A stretch of DNA of 64,000 nt from a virus. Lineage: Duplodnaviria > Caudoviricetes. This document shows, piece after piece, positions 30,117 to 41,595 of the stretch. Each line of letters starts with the position of its first letter. The stretch's first letter is position 1. The position numbers and the translations under genes were made by a program. The stretch covers positions 1 to 64,000 of the IMG/VR virus record IMGVR_UViG_3300032332_001787, one strand, 5' to 3'. The notes beneath the pieces are model-generated. The model was not told the DNA's origin and searched no databases. It saw only the letters and a program-made list of their open reading frames with translations.

Positions 30117-30570
30117 TTTCGTAAACCTTTTTCATAATGGATAATGCCATTCTTTCAGCATTGGATGGAGAACCGCAAAAGAGCACTTTAATATTAAAGT
30201 AGATTTGCAGCTCTACTAAATGTTTAATAATGAAGTTGGGAGAAATTTTAATTTTGTCCCATAGTCTCTTGGGAACATTTGAACCAACAGGATAAATAAG
30301 AATATCTTCTAAATCAAATTCAAGTAATAAAAATGAATATTTATATTGAGCCATGCGCCCCACCACATCTTTGAATCTTTTCTCTGTGATATTGTTCGCA
30401 ATTTCGCTCACGCTCTTTTTTCGCTCTATGCACAACTGATCTTCTAATCCCTTTATGGAATAGTCGCCCGTATCCAACTTGAGATTAGATACTAAGTGAT
30501 GATCAAAAGCCCAAGGCTGTTGTTCTCTTGTATCTATAATAATTTCAAAATGATTATGATAGTCTGTCAT
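30088..30570 (-). CDS. ERCC4/XPF-family nuclease
   Basis: IDTREQ, LDTGDYSI and CIERKK motifs. Confidence 0.85.
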   Translation of the reverse strand: MTDYHNHFEIIIDTREQQPWAFDHHLVSNLKLDTGDYSIKGLEDQLCIERKKSVSEIANNITEKRFKDVVGRMAQYKYSFLLLEFDLEDILIYPVGSNVPKRLWDKIKISPNFIIKHLVELQIYFNIKVLFCGSPSNAERMALSIMKKVYEIEGPTKTNI

Positions 30571-30823
30571 TTAATAATATCTTTAAAAAAGTGGATTCAT
30601 AAATAGCTTCCATGCCTTTAATAAGATCATGATGATATTTACACAATGTTATGCCATTATTAACGTCAAATCTTAAACCAGGAAACTGGGCCCATGTTCT
30701 TATATGATGAGCATTAAGTTTTTTCTTTAAATTACAATTAGGCCACCTACAACAATATTGGTCTCTTTTGTAAACGTCTTTTCTCCATTTTTTATATTGT
30801 GGATCGTTAAAATTTCTAAACAT
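30554..30823 (-). CDS. Small HNH endonuclease
   Basis: CCRWPNC..LNAHHI...NNGITLCKYHH. Confidence 0.85.
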   Translation of the reverse strand: MFRNFNDPQYKKWRKDVYKRDQYCCRWPNCNLKKKLNAHHIRTWAQFPGLRFDVNNGITLCKYHHDLIKGMEAIYESTFLKILLNDRLS

Positions 30824-31793
30824 GAGCTATATCATTCTGTATCATATCGGTAACTAAATCTTTAAAAGAAATATCGTTGTTCCATCCTAGTTCACTTCTG
30901 GCTTTAGAAGAATCTCCTTTAAGGTAATCTACTTCGGCCGGTCGGAAAAGATCAGGATTAATATTTACATAGTTGCTAGGATCAAGATTTACACATCCAA
31001 AAGCTAATTTGAGAAAATCTCTAACGCTATGTGTTGATCCTGTTGATATAACATAATCTTGTGGAGTTTCTCTTTGTAACATTAGCCACATTGCCCGAAC
31101 ATAATCCTTAGCATGACCCCAGTCTCTAAAAGAGTCTAAGTTGCCTAGAGATAATCTTTCGTTAGTTTCTCCTCTAACAACCTTTCCGATATATTTGGTT
31201 ATTTTTCGCGTTACAAAATTTTCGCCACGACGCGGACTTTCATGATTAAATAGTATGCCCGAGCAACAAAACAAATTATAAGCCGAACGGTATATTTGAA
31301 CCATATGATGAGATGCTAATTTGGCCACCCCGTATGGACTTTGTGGTAGCATGGGAGTATTTTCATCTTGAACCTTTTCGTCATCTTTTACCGTGTAATT
31401 TCGGCCAAACATTTCGCTAGTGCTAGCTTGATAAAATTTAGTATGTGGAGATAAATTCCGTATGCTTTCTAACACATTAACAACACCTACTGTATTAATC
31501 TCTATGGTGGTAGATGGCTGTTTAAAACTGGTTCCAACATGACTTTGAGCTCCTAGATTGTAAAATTCATGTGGTTTATATTGGGCTATTATTCTATTGC
31601 ACCCTGATGGATCAGTAAGGTCAAATTCCTCTAGGATAAAATTGGGATTGTGCAGTAAATGAGAAATACGCTGGGTATTGTTGGTGGAAGATCGGCGATG
31701 TAGTCCAATTACCTTATAGTCTTTCTCTAGTAGAAGATCTGATAGATAAGAGCCATCTTGGCCAGTTATTCCTGTTACTAGGGCAATTTTCAT
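30816..31793 (-). CDS. gmd: GDP-mannose 4,6-dehydratase
   Basis: ALVTGITGQDGSYL, YNLGAQSHV, FYQASTSEMFG, SPYGVAK, LFNHESPRRGENFVTRKIT and RDWGHAKDYV. Confidence 0.95.
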   Translation of the reverse strand: MKIALVTGITGQDGSYLSDLLLEKDYKVIGLHRRSSTNNTQRISHLLHNPNFILEEFDLTDPSGCNRIIAQYKPHEFYNLGAQSHVGTSFKQPSTTIEINTVGVVNVLESIRNLSPHTKFYQASTSEMFGRNYTVKDDEKVQDENTPMLPQSPYGVAKLASHHMVQIYRSAYNLFCCSGILFNHESPRRGENFVTRKITKYIGKVVRGETNERLSLGNLDSFRDWGHAKDYVRAMWLMLQRETPQDYVISTGSTHSVRDFLKLAFGCVNLDPSNYVNINPDLFRPAEVDYLKGDSSKARSELGWNNDISFKDLVTDMIQNDIAHV

Positions 31794-32635
31794 GGGGATT
31801 TTTCCATATCTTTAAGAAGAACACTGTCGGGGGTTAAGAAGGGCATATCTAATGTATTGTCGGCATATTGATGATAATCATTAAGAACGGTTTTAACTTT
31901 GTCTGTGGCCATGGATATAATTTCCATTTCGCGACCTTCTCTTTCGCGTATTTGTTCGTCCTCTAACATGCGAATAAGGCCAACCCAGGAGCTTTTACCA
32001 TCTTCTATTCTTTTGATTCTTTGTTCACGGGTAGCCTTTAGATCTTTACTGATTTTTTGTTGTTCGTTTAATAGTTTGGTATATTCGTTAGTATAGTTGG
32101 CGATACTATTACGGGCAAAACTTAATTGGGTCTCTAAATTAACTAGTCGTGGAACATCTCGATCAATTTCTAATTTGGAGTATTCTTTATCTACTTCTTT
32201 TTGTAGTTTTTCAGTTTCGCTAATGTGGCGCTTTCGTTCTTTCATGCTTCTGTTAATCAGAATGTCTATGGTGATAAATTGTTTGATCTGAAGTTCTTCT
32301 GCAGGTAAAACATCTTCTCTAAACTGTTTGATAAGATTGACCCATAAGCTTTCAAAGTATTCTAGTTCACCACTATCTTCGTCAAACTGTCTTTTGATTT
32401 CTGTCCAGAAATTTTTACTATGTAGTTTGTGTCTTAGTACCTTAGCGTCGTTGTATTCGTTGGGATCTAAACCTAACTTATTTTCTTCAATATATCTTTC
32501 AACAGGGGCGGGATTTCTGTTGAGCTGTTCCGCAATTTGTTCTATGGTTAATGAGAGCACATTGTCTCTGATATATTTTTCTTCATCTAGTGCGAGCTGG
32601 CCTCTTTTTTTAGGTCCTTTAGTACTCATAACCAT
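31790..32635 (-). CDS. Hypothetical helical protein (small-terminase candidate)
   Basis: N-terminal HTH-like segment plus coiled coil; lies upstream of the packaging genes. The function is a positional guess. Confidence 0.4.
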   Translation of the reverse strand: MVMSTKGPKKRGQLALDEEKYIRDNVLSLTIEQIAEQLNRNPAPVERYIEENKLGLDPNEYNDAKVLRHKLHSKNFWTEIKRQFDEDSGELEYFESLWVNLIKQFREDVLPAEELQIKQFITIDILINRSMKERKRHISETEKLQKEVDKEYSKLEIDRDVPRLVNLETQLSFARNSIANYTNEYTKLLNEQQKISKDLKATREQRIKRIEDGKSSWVGLIRMLEDEQIREREGREMEIISMATDKVKTVLNDYHQYADNTLDMPFLTPDSVLLKDMEKSP

Positions 32636-33299
32636 GTTCTTTCAAAATATCTTGAATAACAGAATATAGTTTGGTCATGTCGGTTTTATAAATTTTTTCA
32701 CCATATTTGAGTCTTAGGTAAGTTTCACGACATGATGATGGAATATGTTGGTCTAGCAGGTCGATAATTTGTTGATTAAATACTATATCAGAAACATCGG
32801 GGCTTTTTGAGGATGGAGAATGAGAATAATCATTAACGTCTTCCATTCCTACGGGTTTCATGATATTCTTTTTGCTATTGTTACGGGTTTCCCATGCTGC
32901 ATAGAGGGTACAGTCATTTTTATTGGAAAATTCCAAACATTGATTGGTGCTCTTTTTGCAGTGGGCGTCGTATAGTGGACAAGTAAAACAAGGTTTGTCG
33001 GGTCTTTGGTAATTATCTCTTTTATAATTGAAAAGACGATTACGAACGTGGGTCCATAAGAAATTTTCTAATGGTCGTTTATTGTCATATTTTTGAAGTC
33101 CTTCAAGTGCAAATATAGCAGCTTGTTGCTTCATATCATCAAAACTGTGATATCCAAATTTAAACTTGTGGCCTAGTCTTTTGCTTATATTATCTAAAAC
33201 AACTAAAAATTGTTCTTCTGTAACACCGTGGGGCAAATTGCTAGGATTTTGAGTTTTCTTCTTTGAGATTTTGGGGGTCTTGGAAATTTTCTTGGTCAT
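32619..33299 (-). CDS. Phage sigma70-family-like factor
   Basis: Region-2-like FDDMKQQAAIFALEGLQKYDNKRPLENFLWTHVRNRLFNYKRD; Cys-rich insert; C-terminal RETYLRLKYGE. Confidence 0.65.
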   Translation of the reverse strand: MTKKISKTPKISKKKTQNPSNLPHGVTEEQFLVVLDNISKRLGHKFKFGYHSFDDMKQQAAIFALEGLQKYDNKRPLENFLWTHVRNRLFNYKRDNYQRPDKPCFTCPLYDAHCKKSTNQCLEFSNKNDCTLYAAWETRNNSKKNIMKPVGMEDVNDYSHSPSSKSPDVSDIVFNQQIIDLLDQHIPSSCRETYLRLKYGEKIYKTDMTKLYSVIQDILKEHGYEY

Positions 33300-33429
33300 A
33301 TAATAATTGAGCTATACTCTTTCCTTGTGGTAACAACAAATCCATAGTGGCTTCATCATCTAGTGAACCAGAGGCTTTGATTGTTAAGGTGGAATTGACC
33401 AAATTAAAATCAATTTTAGGATTAGTCAT
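33241..33429 (-). CDS. Hypothetical protein
   Basis: 62-aa ORF with a GGAG RBS; overlaps the 5' end of the sigma gene. Confidence 0.4.
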   Translation of the reverse strand: MTNPKIDFNLVNSTLTIKASGSLDDEATMDLLLPQGKSIAQLLYDQENFQDPQNLKEENSKS

Positions 33430-33513
33430 TTATTCTCCTTGCGCGAAACTTGCCAACTACTAGTATAATAGTGTTCTTACACTTTTAGTCAACTTTATCC
33501 AAGAAAGTAAAAA

Positions 33514-33747
33514 ATGGCAACATATAAAAAGTGGTCATCTAGTGAAACAGAATTTATTCAGCAGAATCATACTTTGTTGTGTGATGAAGTTTTGGCCGTA
33601 AAACTAAGTCAAATTACTGGTCAAAATATAACAACAGCAATGGTTCGTCGTCAAAGACGCAAGCTAACTTTAAAGAAGGCTAGGGGGCGACCAAAGAAAA
33701 ATAAGGTGGTTGATAATAGCAATAATGATAGTGTGATTTCTAGCTGA
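33514..33747 (+). CDS. Small putative DNA-binding protein (Myb/HTH-like plus AT-hook-like motif)
   Basis: KWSSSETEFIQQN...AMVRRQRRKL..ARGRPKK. Confidence 0.5.
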   Translation: MATYKKWSSSETEFIQQNHTLLCDEVLAVKLSQITGQNITTAMVRRQRRKLTLKKARGRPKKNKVVDNSNNDSVISS

Positions 33748-33772
33748 GTATTATAATGTTTCTTTTTAAGAG

Positions 33773-33815
33773 AATAGTTCCAGGTGGCATTGGTGTCATC
33801 TGGAATTATTTTTTT
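33773..33815 (+). terminator. Rho-independent terminator
   Basis: AATAGTTCCAGGTGGCA-TTGG-TGTCATCTGGAATTATT followed by a T-run. Confidence 0.75.
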
Positions 33816-33891
33816 CAAGGCTATGAAGGATGAGTGTCGATGTTAAACTTGTGGAAATCGGTCAATTTACTTTATTAACGAGGGATTTTTT

Positions 33892-34185
33892 ATGAAAAAG
33901 ACTTTATTATTAGCGACATTAGGTTTGAGTTTTTGTGCAGGAAAGACTTGCGTGGGGAGTGATTGGGTGCCGATGGCTCCAGTAGTCCAAAAGGTGGAAT
34001 ATGTTCCATACTACTATTATGTTCCGGCTGTAACTATGGTTCCATTGGTTACTCAGTATGCTCCGGTGGTAAAGTATGAGAATGTGATGGTGGAAAGTCA
34101 GAGCTGGTGTCTTTTAAAGAAATATCAGGTAGTGGCAGTGCCAAAAGTAGTTTATGTTCCGATGACTCAGACTATTAAGTATTAG
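33892..34185 (+). CDS. Secreted Val/Pro/Tyr-rich small protein
   Basis: Signal-peptide-like N-terminus MKKTLLLATLGL. Confidence 0.55.
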   Translation: MKKTLLLATLGLSFCAGKTCVGSDWVPMAPVVQKVEYVPYYYYVPAVTMVPLVTQYAPVVKYENVMVESQSWCLLKKYQVVAVPKVVYVPMTQTIKY

Positions 34186-34195
34186 GAGTATTTTT

Positions 34196-35335
34196 ATGAG
34201 AATAAAAGGAACCAAAGATAAAAAGAAAAGAAAAATTAAAACTATTTTGGATGGAAACCAAGAAAGAAATTTAATTGAGGATTATGAGCAAGGAGTAGCC
34301 ACTTCTGAATTAAGAAAAAAGTATAATGTGACAAAATCTTATGTTAGTAATATGTTTAAGCGCAGAAATATTAAGAAAAGAATAGATTGGTCAGTAATTG
34401 ACCAGTGGTCGGAGGTTGATGATATAGAAGCAATTGAAGAGGGGGCTCATGGGATTTATGCATTATTTTTTGTAAATATCTTAGATAGTAATAATATAAA
34501 AGTATATATTGGTAGTAGTACAAATATTAAAACTAGATTAAAGTGTCATACCAAAGATTTAAAGATAGATCAACATAAATCTACAAATTTATCAAGAATA
34601 TATAAAGACAATAATTATACTATGAGATATGCTATTATAGAAATTTGTTCTGATAAAGAAATTTTGCAGAAAGAGAGTGAATATCTGAGAAGATGGTCAG
34701 ATAGTTGTTTATTAAACAGATCGAAGCCTACCAATGAGGAAGACATGGGGCCTTGGTTGAAGGCTGTATTAAAAAATAAAGCATATAGAGAAGGATATGT
34801 AATTAATAATCAAACAGGATGTAAGGAGAGCGTTAGCGTATCTAAGAGCGGATATGGTAAAGCGAAAGTAACTCTTGGGGGATCTAATATTGGGGGCAGG
34901 GGTGTTACAAAGTATTTGCTTAAGCACCGTGTAGCTTTTTGGGAAAAAAACGGAAGTTATCCAGAATTAGTGAGACATACGTGTGGAAATAGAAAATGTT
35001 ATAATCCTGATCATTTAGAGCCTGGAAATCATAGAGACAATAATTTAGATAAACGAGGGGATTTTCCAGAAATTTTTGAGAAAGCGTGGTTGGAATTAAA
35101 TGGGGATTTGGAAAAATTAACGGAGCATTTTTCTGACCGATGGACAGCTTGTCAGATGTGGAAAGGAAAAACTGTTTCATATGCTATATATAGCTGGGAA
35201 AAGAAACTGGGTCTAAGGAAAAAGTATCCAGAGATATTAGATGCTAATAGCGACAGAAGATTCAGCTTGTCTTATCAGAAACTAAGAAGAAATAAGAAGA
35301 AGAAACAAAAAGGGCTACCGACAAAGTTTAGCTAG
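34196..35335 (+). CDS. Homing-endonuclease-like protein with GIY-YIG and HNH/His-Cys domains
   Basis: GIYALF..KVYIGSS..RLKCH and HRVAF..VRHTCGNRKCYNPDHL..GNHRDNNLD. Confidence 0.75.
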   Translation: MRIKGTKDKKKRKIKTILDGNQERNLIEDYEQGVATSELRKKYNVTKSYVSNMFKRRNIKKRIDWSVIDQWSEVDDIEAIEEGAHGIYALFFVNILDSNNIKVYIGSSTNIKTRLKCHTKDLKIDQHKSTNLSRIYKDNNYTMRYAIIEICSDKEILQKESEYLRRWSDSCLLNRSKPTNEEDMGPWLKAVLKNKAYREGYVINNQTGCKESVSVSKSGYGKAKVTLGGSNIGGRGVTKYLLKHRVAFWEKNGSYPELVRHTCGNRKCYNPDHLEPGNHRDNNLDKRGDFPEIFEKAWLELNGDLEKLTEHFSDRWTACQMWKGKTVSYAIYSWEKKLGLRKKYPEILDANSDRRFSLSYQKLRRNKKKKQKGLPTKFS

Positions 35336-35627
35336 TACATTTGCTTTAAAGTCTCCTTACTATTTCTAAACCTCCCGGCATTTTTTGAAACTCTCAGAAA
35401 ATTGACCTATAAAACAGAAAAACACCCTAACTCTATATAGGGTAATAACTTAGGGTGAGTATGAGACGCCCGGCTTGACGTAAGTACCTGCTATATATAG
35501 ACTTACGACAAATTCTAAAAAATATTTTGTTTGGCATGAAATTATATTTAAAAATCCAAAGATTTCTCTTGAAAGCGTCGATAAATACTGTATAATAGGA
35601 TCAACACAAGAGAAAAGGAAAAGAATC

Positions 35628-35777
35628 ATGGAAAACGTCGTTACCGTCTACTTCACTTCTGACTGCTGCGGTTGCAACATGACTTTCGCTCAGACCGATT
35701 ACGGTATCTGCCCTAGCTGTGGAGAACACTGCGAGGTTATCGGAGAGGAAGTGATCGAAGATAATGGGGAGTATTGA
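35628..35777 (+). CDS. Small zinc-ribbon-like protein
   Basis: Manual translation MENVVTVYFTSDCCGC...CPSCGEHC; follows a promoter and purine-rich leader. Confidence 0.55.
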   Translation: MENVVTVYFTSDCCGCNMTFAQTDYGICPSCGEHCEVIGEEVIEDNGEY

Positions 35778-36739
35778 CAAGCAGATAGCCGATAGGATAT
35801 AGTGAAATCAACACAAGGGAAAAGAAATGACCATTCAAGTACAAAACACGATTCGCCGCCTAGTTGCTCGACACGGATATTCGGCTACATTTGTTCAGCA
35901 CTTGGGAGAAGGTATTCTTTTGTACAGTATCGGGGGTATCATGTATCGAATTCGTGGAGATGGTACGATTCTCTAAAAGCTTGACCTAAAGCCTTACCCC
36001 ATAAGCACTTAGGGCTAGGCGGACGGGCCGGGCTTGACGTAAGTACTTGCCCCATAAGACTTTACGACAACTTAGCAAATGGTATGCCAATATGTAGAAA
36101 AATGATGAAAAGTTTTGTCAAATTCTCTTGACAATAAAATTTGCAAATTTCTCTTGCAATCTCAAGTATGGGATGGTATAATGTCGATATAAGAAGTAAG
36201 AGAGAAAGAGAGAAAGAGAAAATGAGAAAGCCTCCAAAAAGTTCGACTGTCAAGGGTAAAATCAACGCCTATGCCTACAAGTGTGGGTTTACGTTTCACC
36301 CGAAAGAGGATGGTTCGTTTGCCCTGTTCGACATTCACATGGGATACTACGTCTGCCGTGGTTCCCATGATCGTGTTGTCCAGTTCGTGATTGATGAACT
36401 GTGGGCAAAGTATTATCGGTCACAGCCGACCCCCGTATGAGGGGGTTGATTAGACATTCGTTTTAGGCTAAAATACAAACACAAGAAAGAGAGACTCTAA
36501 TGCTGACGATGATTGATTATATTCAACTGTTTGCTCTGATTGCTGGTTGTGCTTTCATCACCTATACTGTGCATGAAGTGGGTAACGCTATCCATTCTAT
36601 GCTACATGAAAACGACTGAGGAGAATATGTCTAGGTATCTGCCCGATGGGTATGTAGATTATGCTACATACAATATTAAAGAGATTTTACAGTTTCTTCA
36701 ACAATTATTAGGGATGATCAGCGAAAGCTGGTAAACAAA

Positions 36740-37057
36740 ATGACACATTTTGAAGCAGTGAAGATGGTTCGTGGTAAGACTAATAAGAATACTCGCAAGG
36801 TTGGTAATAATACCTATGCGGAAATTCTTCCCGATGGTAGCGTAGGGATCATGCTGCATAGTACCTATGTGGTAAAGATTCATCCCGATAATAGTGCTAC
36901 CCTTAATAGTGGGGGTTGGCGTACTAGTACCACTAAGGATAGAATTAACCAGTATTCGCCCGTGCGTGTATATCAACGCAAGGGAGAATGGTATCTGGAA
37001 AGTGGTTTAGAGTATGAAGATGGTATGGTTGTGGCTGATATGAATCTTATCTACTAA
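36740..37057 (+). CDS. Conserved phage hypothetical protein
   Basis: GNNTY..LHST..LNSGGWRTSTTKDRINQY; stop codon ends 2 nt before repeat A3. Confidence 0.55.
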   Translation: MTHFEAVKMVRGKTNKNTRKVGNNTYAEILPDGSVGIMLHSTYVVKIHPDNSATLNSGGWRTSTTKDRINQYSPVRVYQRKGEWYLESGLEYEDGMVVADMNLIY

Positions 37058-38262
37058 ACGTAAGTCCTTGACCCTAAAGCACTTAGGGCAAGGCGGGCCG
37101 GCCCCGCTCGACGTAAGTGCTTATACAGTAAGGGTTTGCGACGAATACCTATAGCAAATGCTGTGCCAATGCAACCTTACGACATTGTAAGGAAACTTTT
37201 CTCTTGCAAGCTCAAGATGGGCATGGTATAATGTCGATATAAGGATAAGGGAGAAAAGAGATGAAGAACAAGATCAATGTGGGTGATGTGGTCGAAATGT
37301 CGTGTGGGTATGGTACGGTTCAGCAGATCATCGGGAAAAACTATCGGATTCTGCTCTCTGGCCAGTATGGGTATGGTGAGTGGTATACCCTGAGTGATAT
37401 GATATCCCACGCTACCCTGTACCCCAAATGAGGGGTTGACAAAAGATAAAAAATTGTCTAGAATAACAACACAAGAAAGAGAGAAAAGAATGTACGAAAT
37501 TGGTGATAGTGTGGTACTCAAAGGATTTGAGAAAAGGATCGTGGGAAAGATTGTTTCCTATCATTACGATGAGGGTAATGTGTGGGTCGTGCGAACTGAA
37601 GGCGGAAATCTTTGGGATTGTTGCGACAACGAATTGGATATCCTTACGGTATTGTAAGGTTGACACAGTAAAATCCGTTTGGTATAATGCACACACAAGA
37701 GAACGATAGACCTAAGAGAGAAAAGAAAATGAAAACCAAGTATCCAATCATCGAAAATGCCAAGCGTCAAGCCCGTATGATCTTCAAGGGTATCGCAGTG
37801 CCGATGCTCGTGGAAATTCCCGATGATCGAATCACGGAAGATACCGATTACGTCTACGGCGTGACCGACCATAAGCGTTATGTTGTGAGCGAGAAGGTAA
37901 TCAAGTTCAATCGTACCGCACTGAAGAACATTGGCAAGGTTCGCAAGGAAAAAGCCGATCCCCGCTATGTGGGGGGTGAGGATACTATGATCGTTGCGGT
38001 TGGCAAGCCGGGAAGTCGTGAGCGTGTTGAGGAACTGACCAAGCAATACGGTGCGGTTGCTCATCTGGAAATCAGCCCGTTCAGCTTCAAGGGTGATGAA
38101 TAAACGATCACTACTGCACAAAAGCATAGCAGTTGACCTAAAGCGTTACCCTGTAAGTACTTAGGGCGAACGCGGCCCGCCCCGCGAAGCGTAAGTACTT
38201 GTGAGATAACGACTTATGACAACCTTACGATATTGCAAGGAAACTTTTCCTACTCTACCCTA

Positions 38263-38291
38263 TTGACAAATGACGATAATACTTGTATAAT
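38263..38291 (+). promoter_or_regulatory. Representative sigma70-type early promoter
   Basis: TTGACA-17 bp containing GACGATAAT-TATAAT; equivalents at 39307, 42900, 43980, 46868 and 53490, among others. Confidence 0.85.
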
Positions 38292-39592
38292 GGTGACAGA
38301 AAGAAAGAGAGAGTTGAAGATGGAAAAGGTTACGAGTGTGAATGGTTTTATTGGTTCGCTTCCCAGGATTCGGAGGCGTAGGATTTGGAGTGTGACGATT
38401 GACGGAAAGGTTGTTCAAGGCGTGAGTGCCGATGACAACCGAAAGGAAACTGCTGAAGCGTATATTGCTAGCAAGTACCCCGGTCAAGCTTTCACTCTCA
38501 AGTTTGTTGAGTGGAGAATCTGAACCTTACGGTATTGTAAGGTGTTGCAGGCTAAAGGTTGATGTGGTAGAATGTCGATAATAGGTATAGAGAAGATGAC
38601 CAGTAACCAAGAGGAAAAGATGAGTAACATTGTGTTGCCCCAGCGGTATGATTGGGTGGAGTTTGACTATAAGGGTGAGAACTTCCGTGGTGAGGTTCGT
38701 AGGGTTGAAGATAAGCCCAAGGGTAAGTTGATGATTGTGAAGATTGGACATACTGAGTATCGGTCGTGCTACCTTGACCAGTGTGAGAATCTGACCACCA
38801 CCCCTGCTGAAACGGAGGCTTGAGCATGAGAATGATCGAATATCCTTTTGTGTGGGTTATGGGGGCTTTCCTTAAAGTGATGGAAACTCTCTGTGAAGTT
38901 TGGCAGAGGATCAACGAATATGAGAATATGAAGTCTAGGGGTTATACTCTTATGAAAAGTGATAAGGGTGATGATTTCTGGGTAGGTTATGGGGATTGAC
39001 CACTTAAACAAAATGGAGATACAGGGATGTATCAATTTGATTTTATTAGTGTCGCTTTCGGCTATGTTTGTGGTATTATTCTGTATGCTAGTATGTCAAA
39101 TATCATGTATATGGAGGAAAGTGATGAAAGTGAGTGACTACATATTGTGGGGGGTGTGTTTTGTTATTGGCTGCACTATGACGTATCTCCTTCATCTGTA
39201 AGGACTTACGTCAAGTTCGGCCCGCCCCGCGAAGCGTAAGTGCTTATGCTGCAACACTTTACGACAACCTTACAGCATTATAAGGAAACTTTTCTGTTGA
39301 AAGGTATTGACAGTTGACGATAATAGATGTATAATCCTAGCATCTTAACCCCAACTGAGGAATGTCTAATGTCGAATACTTTCTACTGTCTGGAATGTGA
39401 TGCTGACTGTGGGTCTTTTGAGCATTGCTGTGCTTGCGAGGACAATCCCGCGATGGAGAATCGTGAGCATCCCGGTTTCATCTCAAGTGCAGAGATTGAG
39501 AGTGAAATTCAGACTGAAAATTTCTGGTATGAATACGATCAGCGTTGACAGAGTTGATTAGACTTGGTAGAATAAGCCCATAACCCTTACCT

Positions 39593-39805
39593 TTGGAGAG
39601 TTTATCTATGAACGAAGATTCCTTTCTCGACTCCTACATGGAATCCTATATCGGTGGTTGGACAGGCGATGAGGATGCCTATTACGCCGAAGATGAGGCG
39701 GAGGATGGGTATCTCAAAGAACCTGAAGATTACGATATCTGGGATGATGAGGACGATGGTGGAGATGGGTTCATGACCTGTCCAGAGGACATCGGAGACT
39801 ATTGA
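39593..39805 (+). CDS. Highly acidic small protein
   Basis: D/E/Y-rich; TGA ends at 39805, directly before repeat A6. Confidence 0.55.
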   Translation: MESLSMNEDSFLDSYMESYIGGWTGDEDAYYAEDEAEDGYLKEPEDYDIWDDEDDGGDGFMTCPEDIGDY

Positions 39806-40229
39806 CGTAACCCCCGGCCCTATAAGGACTTAGGGCAAACCGGGGCGGCCCCGCGTAGCGTAAGTCTTTATCCGTCAAGAGTTTACAACAACCTTACGAA
39901 ATTGCAAGGAAAAACTTTTATGGTAGGGCTTGCAATGGGTCGATAATAAGTGTAGAATACCAACATCACGAACGGAAACCACAGGAACCAGAATCATGCT
40001 GAACTTTGACGAGATCAACGATATTCTGAACGATATGGCTGAAGCCGGTATTCTTGAGCCGATGGTCGAGCCGATTGACGATCCTAGTGTGGAAGTCAAC
40101 TTTTGGGATTGGGCAGATGTGGTGGGTGCTGTTGACGAATTCGTTCCCGAGGAGTATACTCATGCTTAGTGCGATTGCTTTCGTTGTGGGCTATATTGGC
40201 TTGTTTTACATTACTACCATCGTGAGGGA

Positions 40230-40511
40230 TTGACCATGAGCTACGAATATGACGATCTTGAAGATTTTTATGGTATCGACGCTGATGATCGTACTAATGA
40301 TTATTGGGCTGGAAATGATGACCTGGAGAATGATTCTGATGATTCATTTGATGATAGTATGGATGGTGATGCTGAATCTGCGTTGGCTTCCGCTGGATGG
40401 GGAACCGACGAAGACTATGGTTACTATGGTGACGATGGAGTAGAAGATTTCCACGCCGATGAGGCTATCGGATTCGTTGATTACAACGACGATGGCCCAT
40501 ACGATGACTGA
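40230..40511 (+). CDS. Highly acidic small protein
   Basis: Very Asp-rich with only one basic residue; contains ALASAGWGTDEDYG. Confidence 0.6.
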   Translation: MTMSYEYDDLEDFYGIDADDRTNDYWAGNDDLENDSDDSFDDSMDGDAESALASAGWGTDEDYGYYGDDGVEDFHADEAIGFVDYNDDGPYDD

Positions 40512-41595
40512 ATTACTCGCCGTAAACCCTTTGTGCCTAAGCACTTAGGGTTGGCGGGGCGGGCCGGATTTGTCGTAAGTCTTTATCCTGCAACACTTTG
40601 CGAGAACCTTACGAAATTGTAAGAAAACTTTCTAGTTGACAACTAAAGTTTCATGTGCTAAAATGTCGATATAAGAGATAGAGAAAGAGAGAGTGAAGAA
40701 TGAGTTGGAATGGGTATCAGATGAGTAGGGATATGTGGGGTAACATGAAGCATGAGCATATCCATGTTGGTTGGACTGTGACGTTTGATATGGATGGTAA
40801 GCGTTACTCGTGGAATCTTAATGCAAAGTATAGAACTAAGATTGACGTTGAACGTAGGGTTTTTGAGAAGTATCCTACTGCTACTAATGTTCGTTGCAAC
40901 AAGAATATTTGTGAAGTTTGAAGGGAATAAAATGAGACAGTTAACCAAAAACGAAATAGCCGATCTAGAATTTGACGCTGAACTTATGGGCTTTCGGGTA
41001 GTGTATCTTCCCAAACCTCTTGACTGGAATCATTTTGTGTTGTATTATCTCAAGCCAGAATTGACTTATGTTGGTCACTATCGTGGTTTGAATGAGGTCA
41101 AGCTAGGTATGCAGAAGCACTACAAGCCGGAGTATAGTGAAAAATGAACGATCTACATTATGAATTTTTGTTGAAAGCGATGTATCAAAAACCTAAAAAG
41201 AAAAAGGTTCAACACGGGTCTGCTGGTCGTAACTACTACGGTGAGTTGAAAAGATTTAAAGGCTATCGTGGCCCATTAAAGAAAGATGAAGAGCAGAAAT
41301 GACTAATGAAGAAAAATGGATTGAATATCGTAAGTCTGTAGGCTTGACTGAAAAGTCTCCAGAAATTGAAGCTGGTTGGAATAAGGAATATAATTGTTCT
41401 AACCGAGTTGGTCGATTAATTTACATGAACGATTCTGATACTTACGGAGACTGAAATGAAAACGAAAAAGAAGGTATTGACAGCACACGAAAAAGCTGTT
41501 ATACTCATGAATCGTGAAGCTGGTCGTGCAGTGAATCGTGTGAAGATGTTGGAACGGTTGTATCTTGAAACTATGAAAGCAAAGGAACTTGTTAA

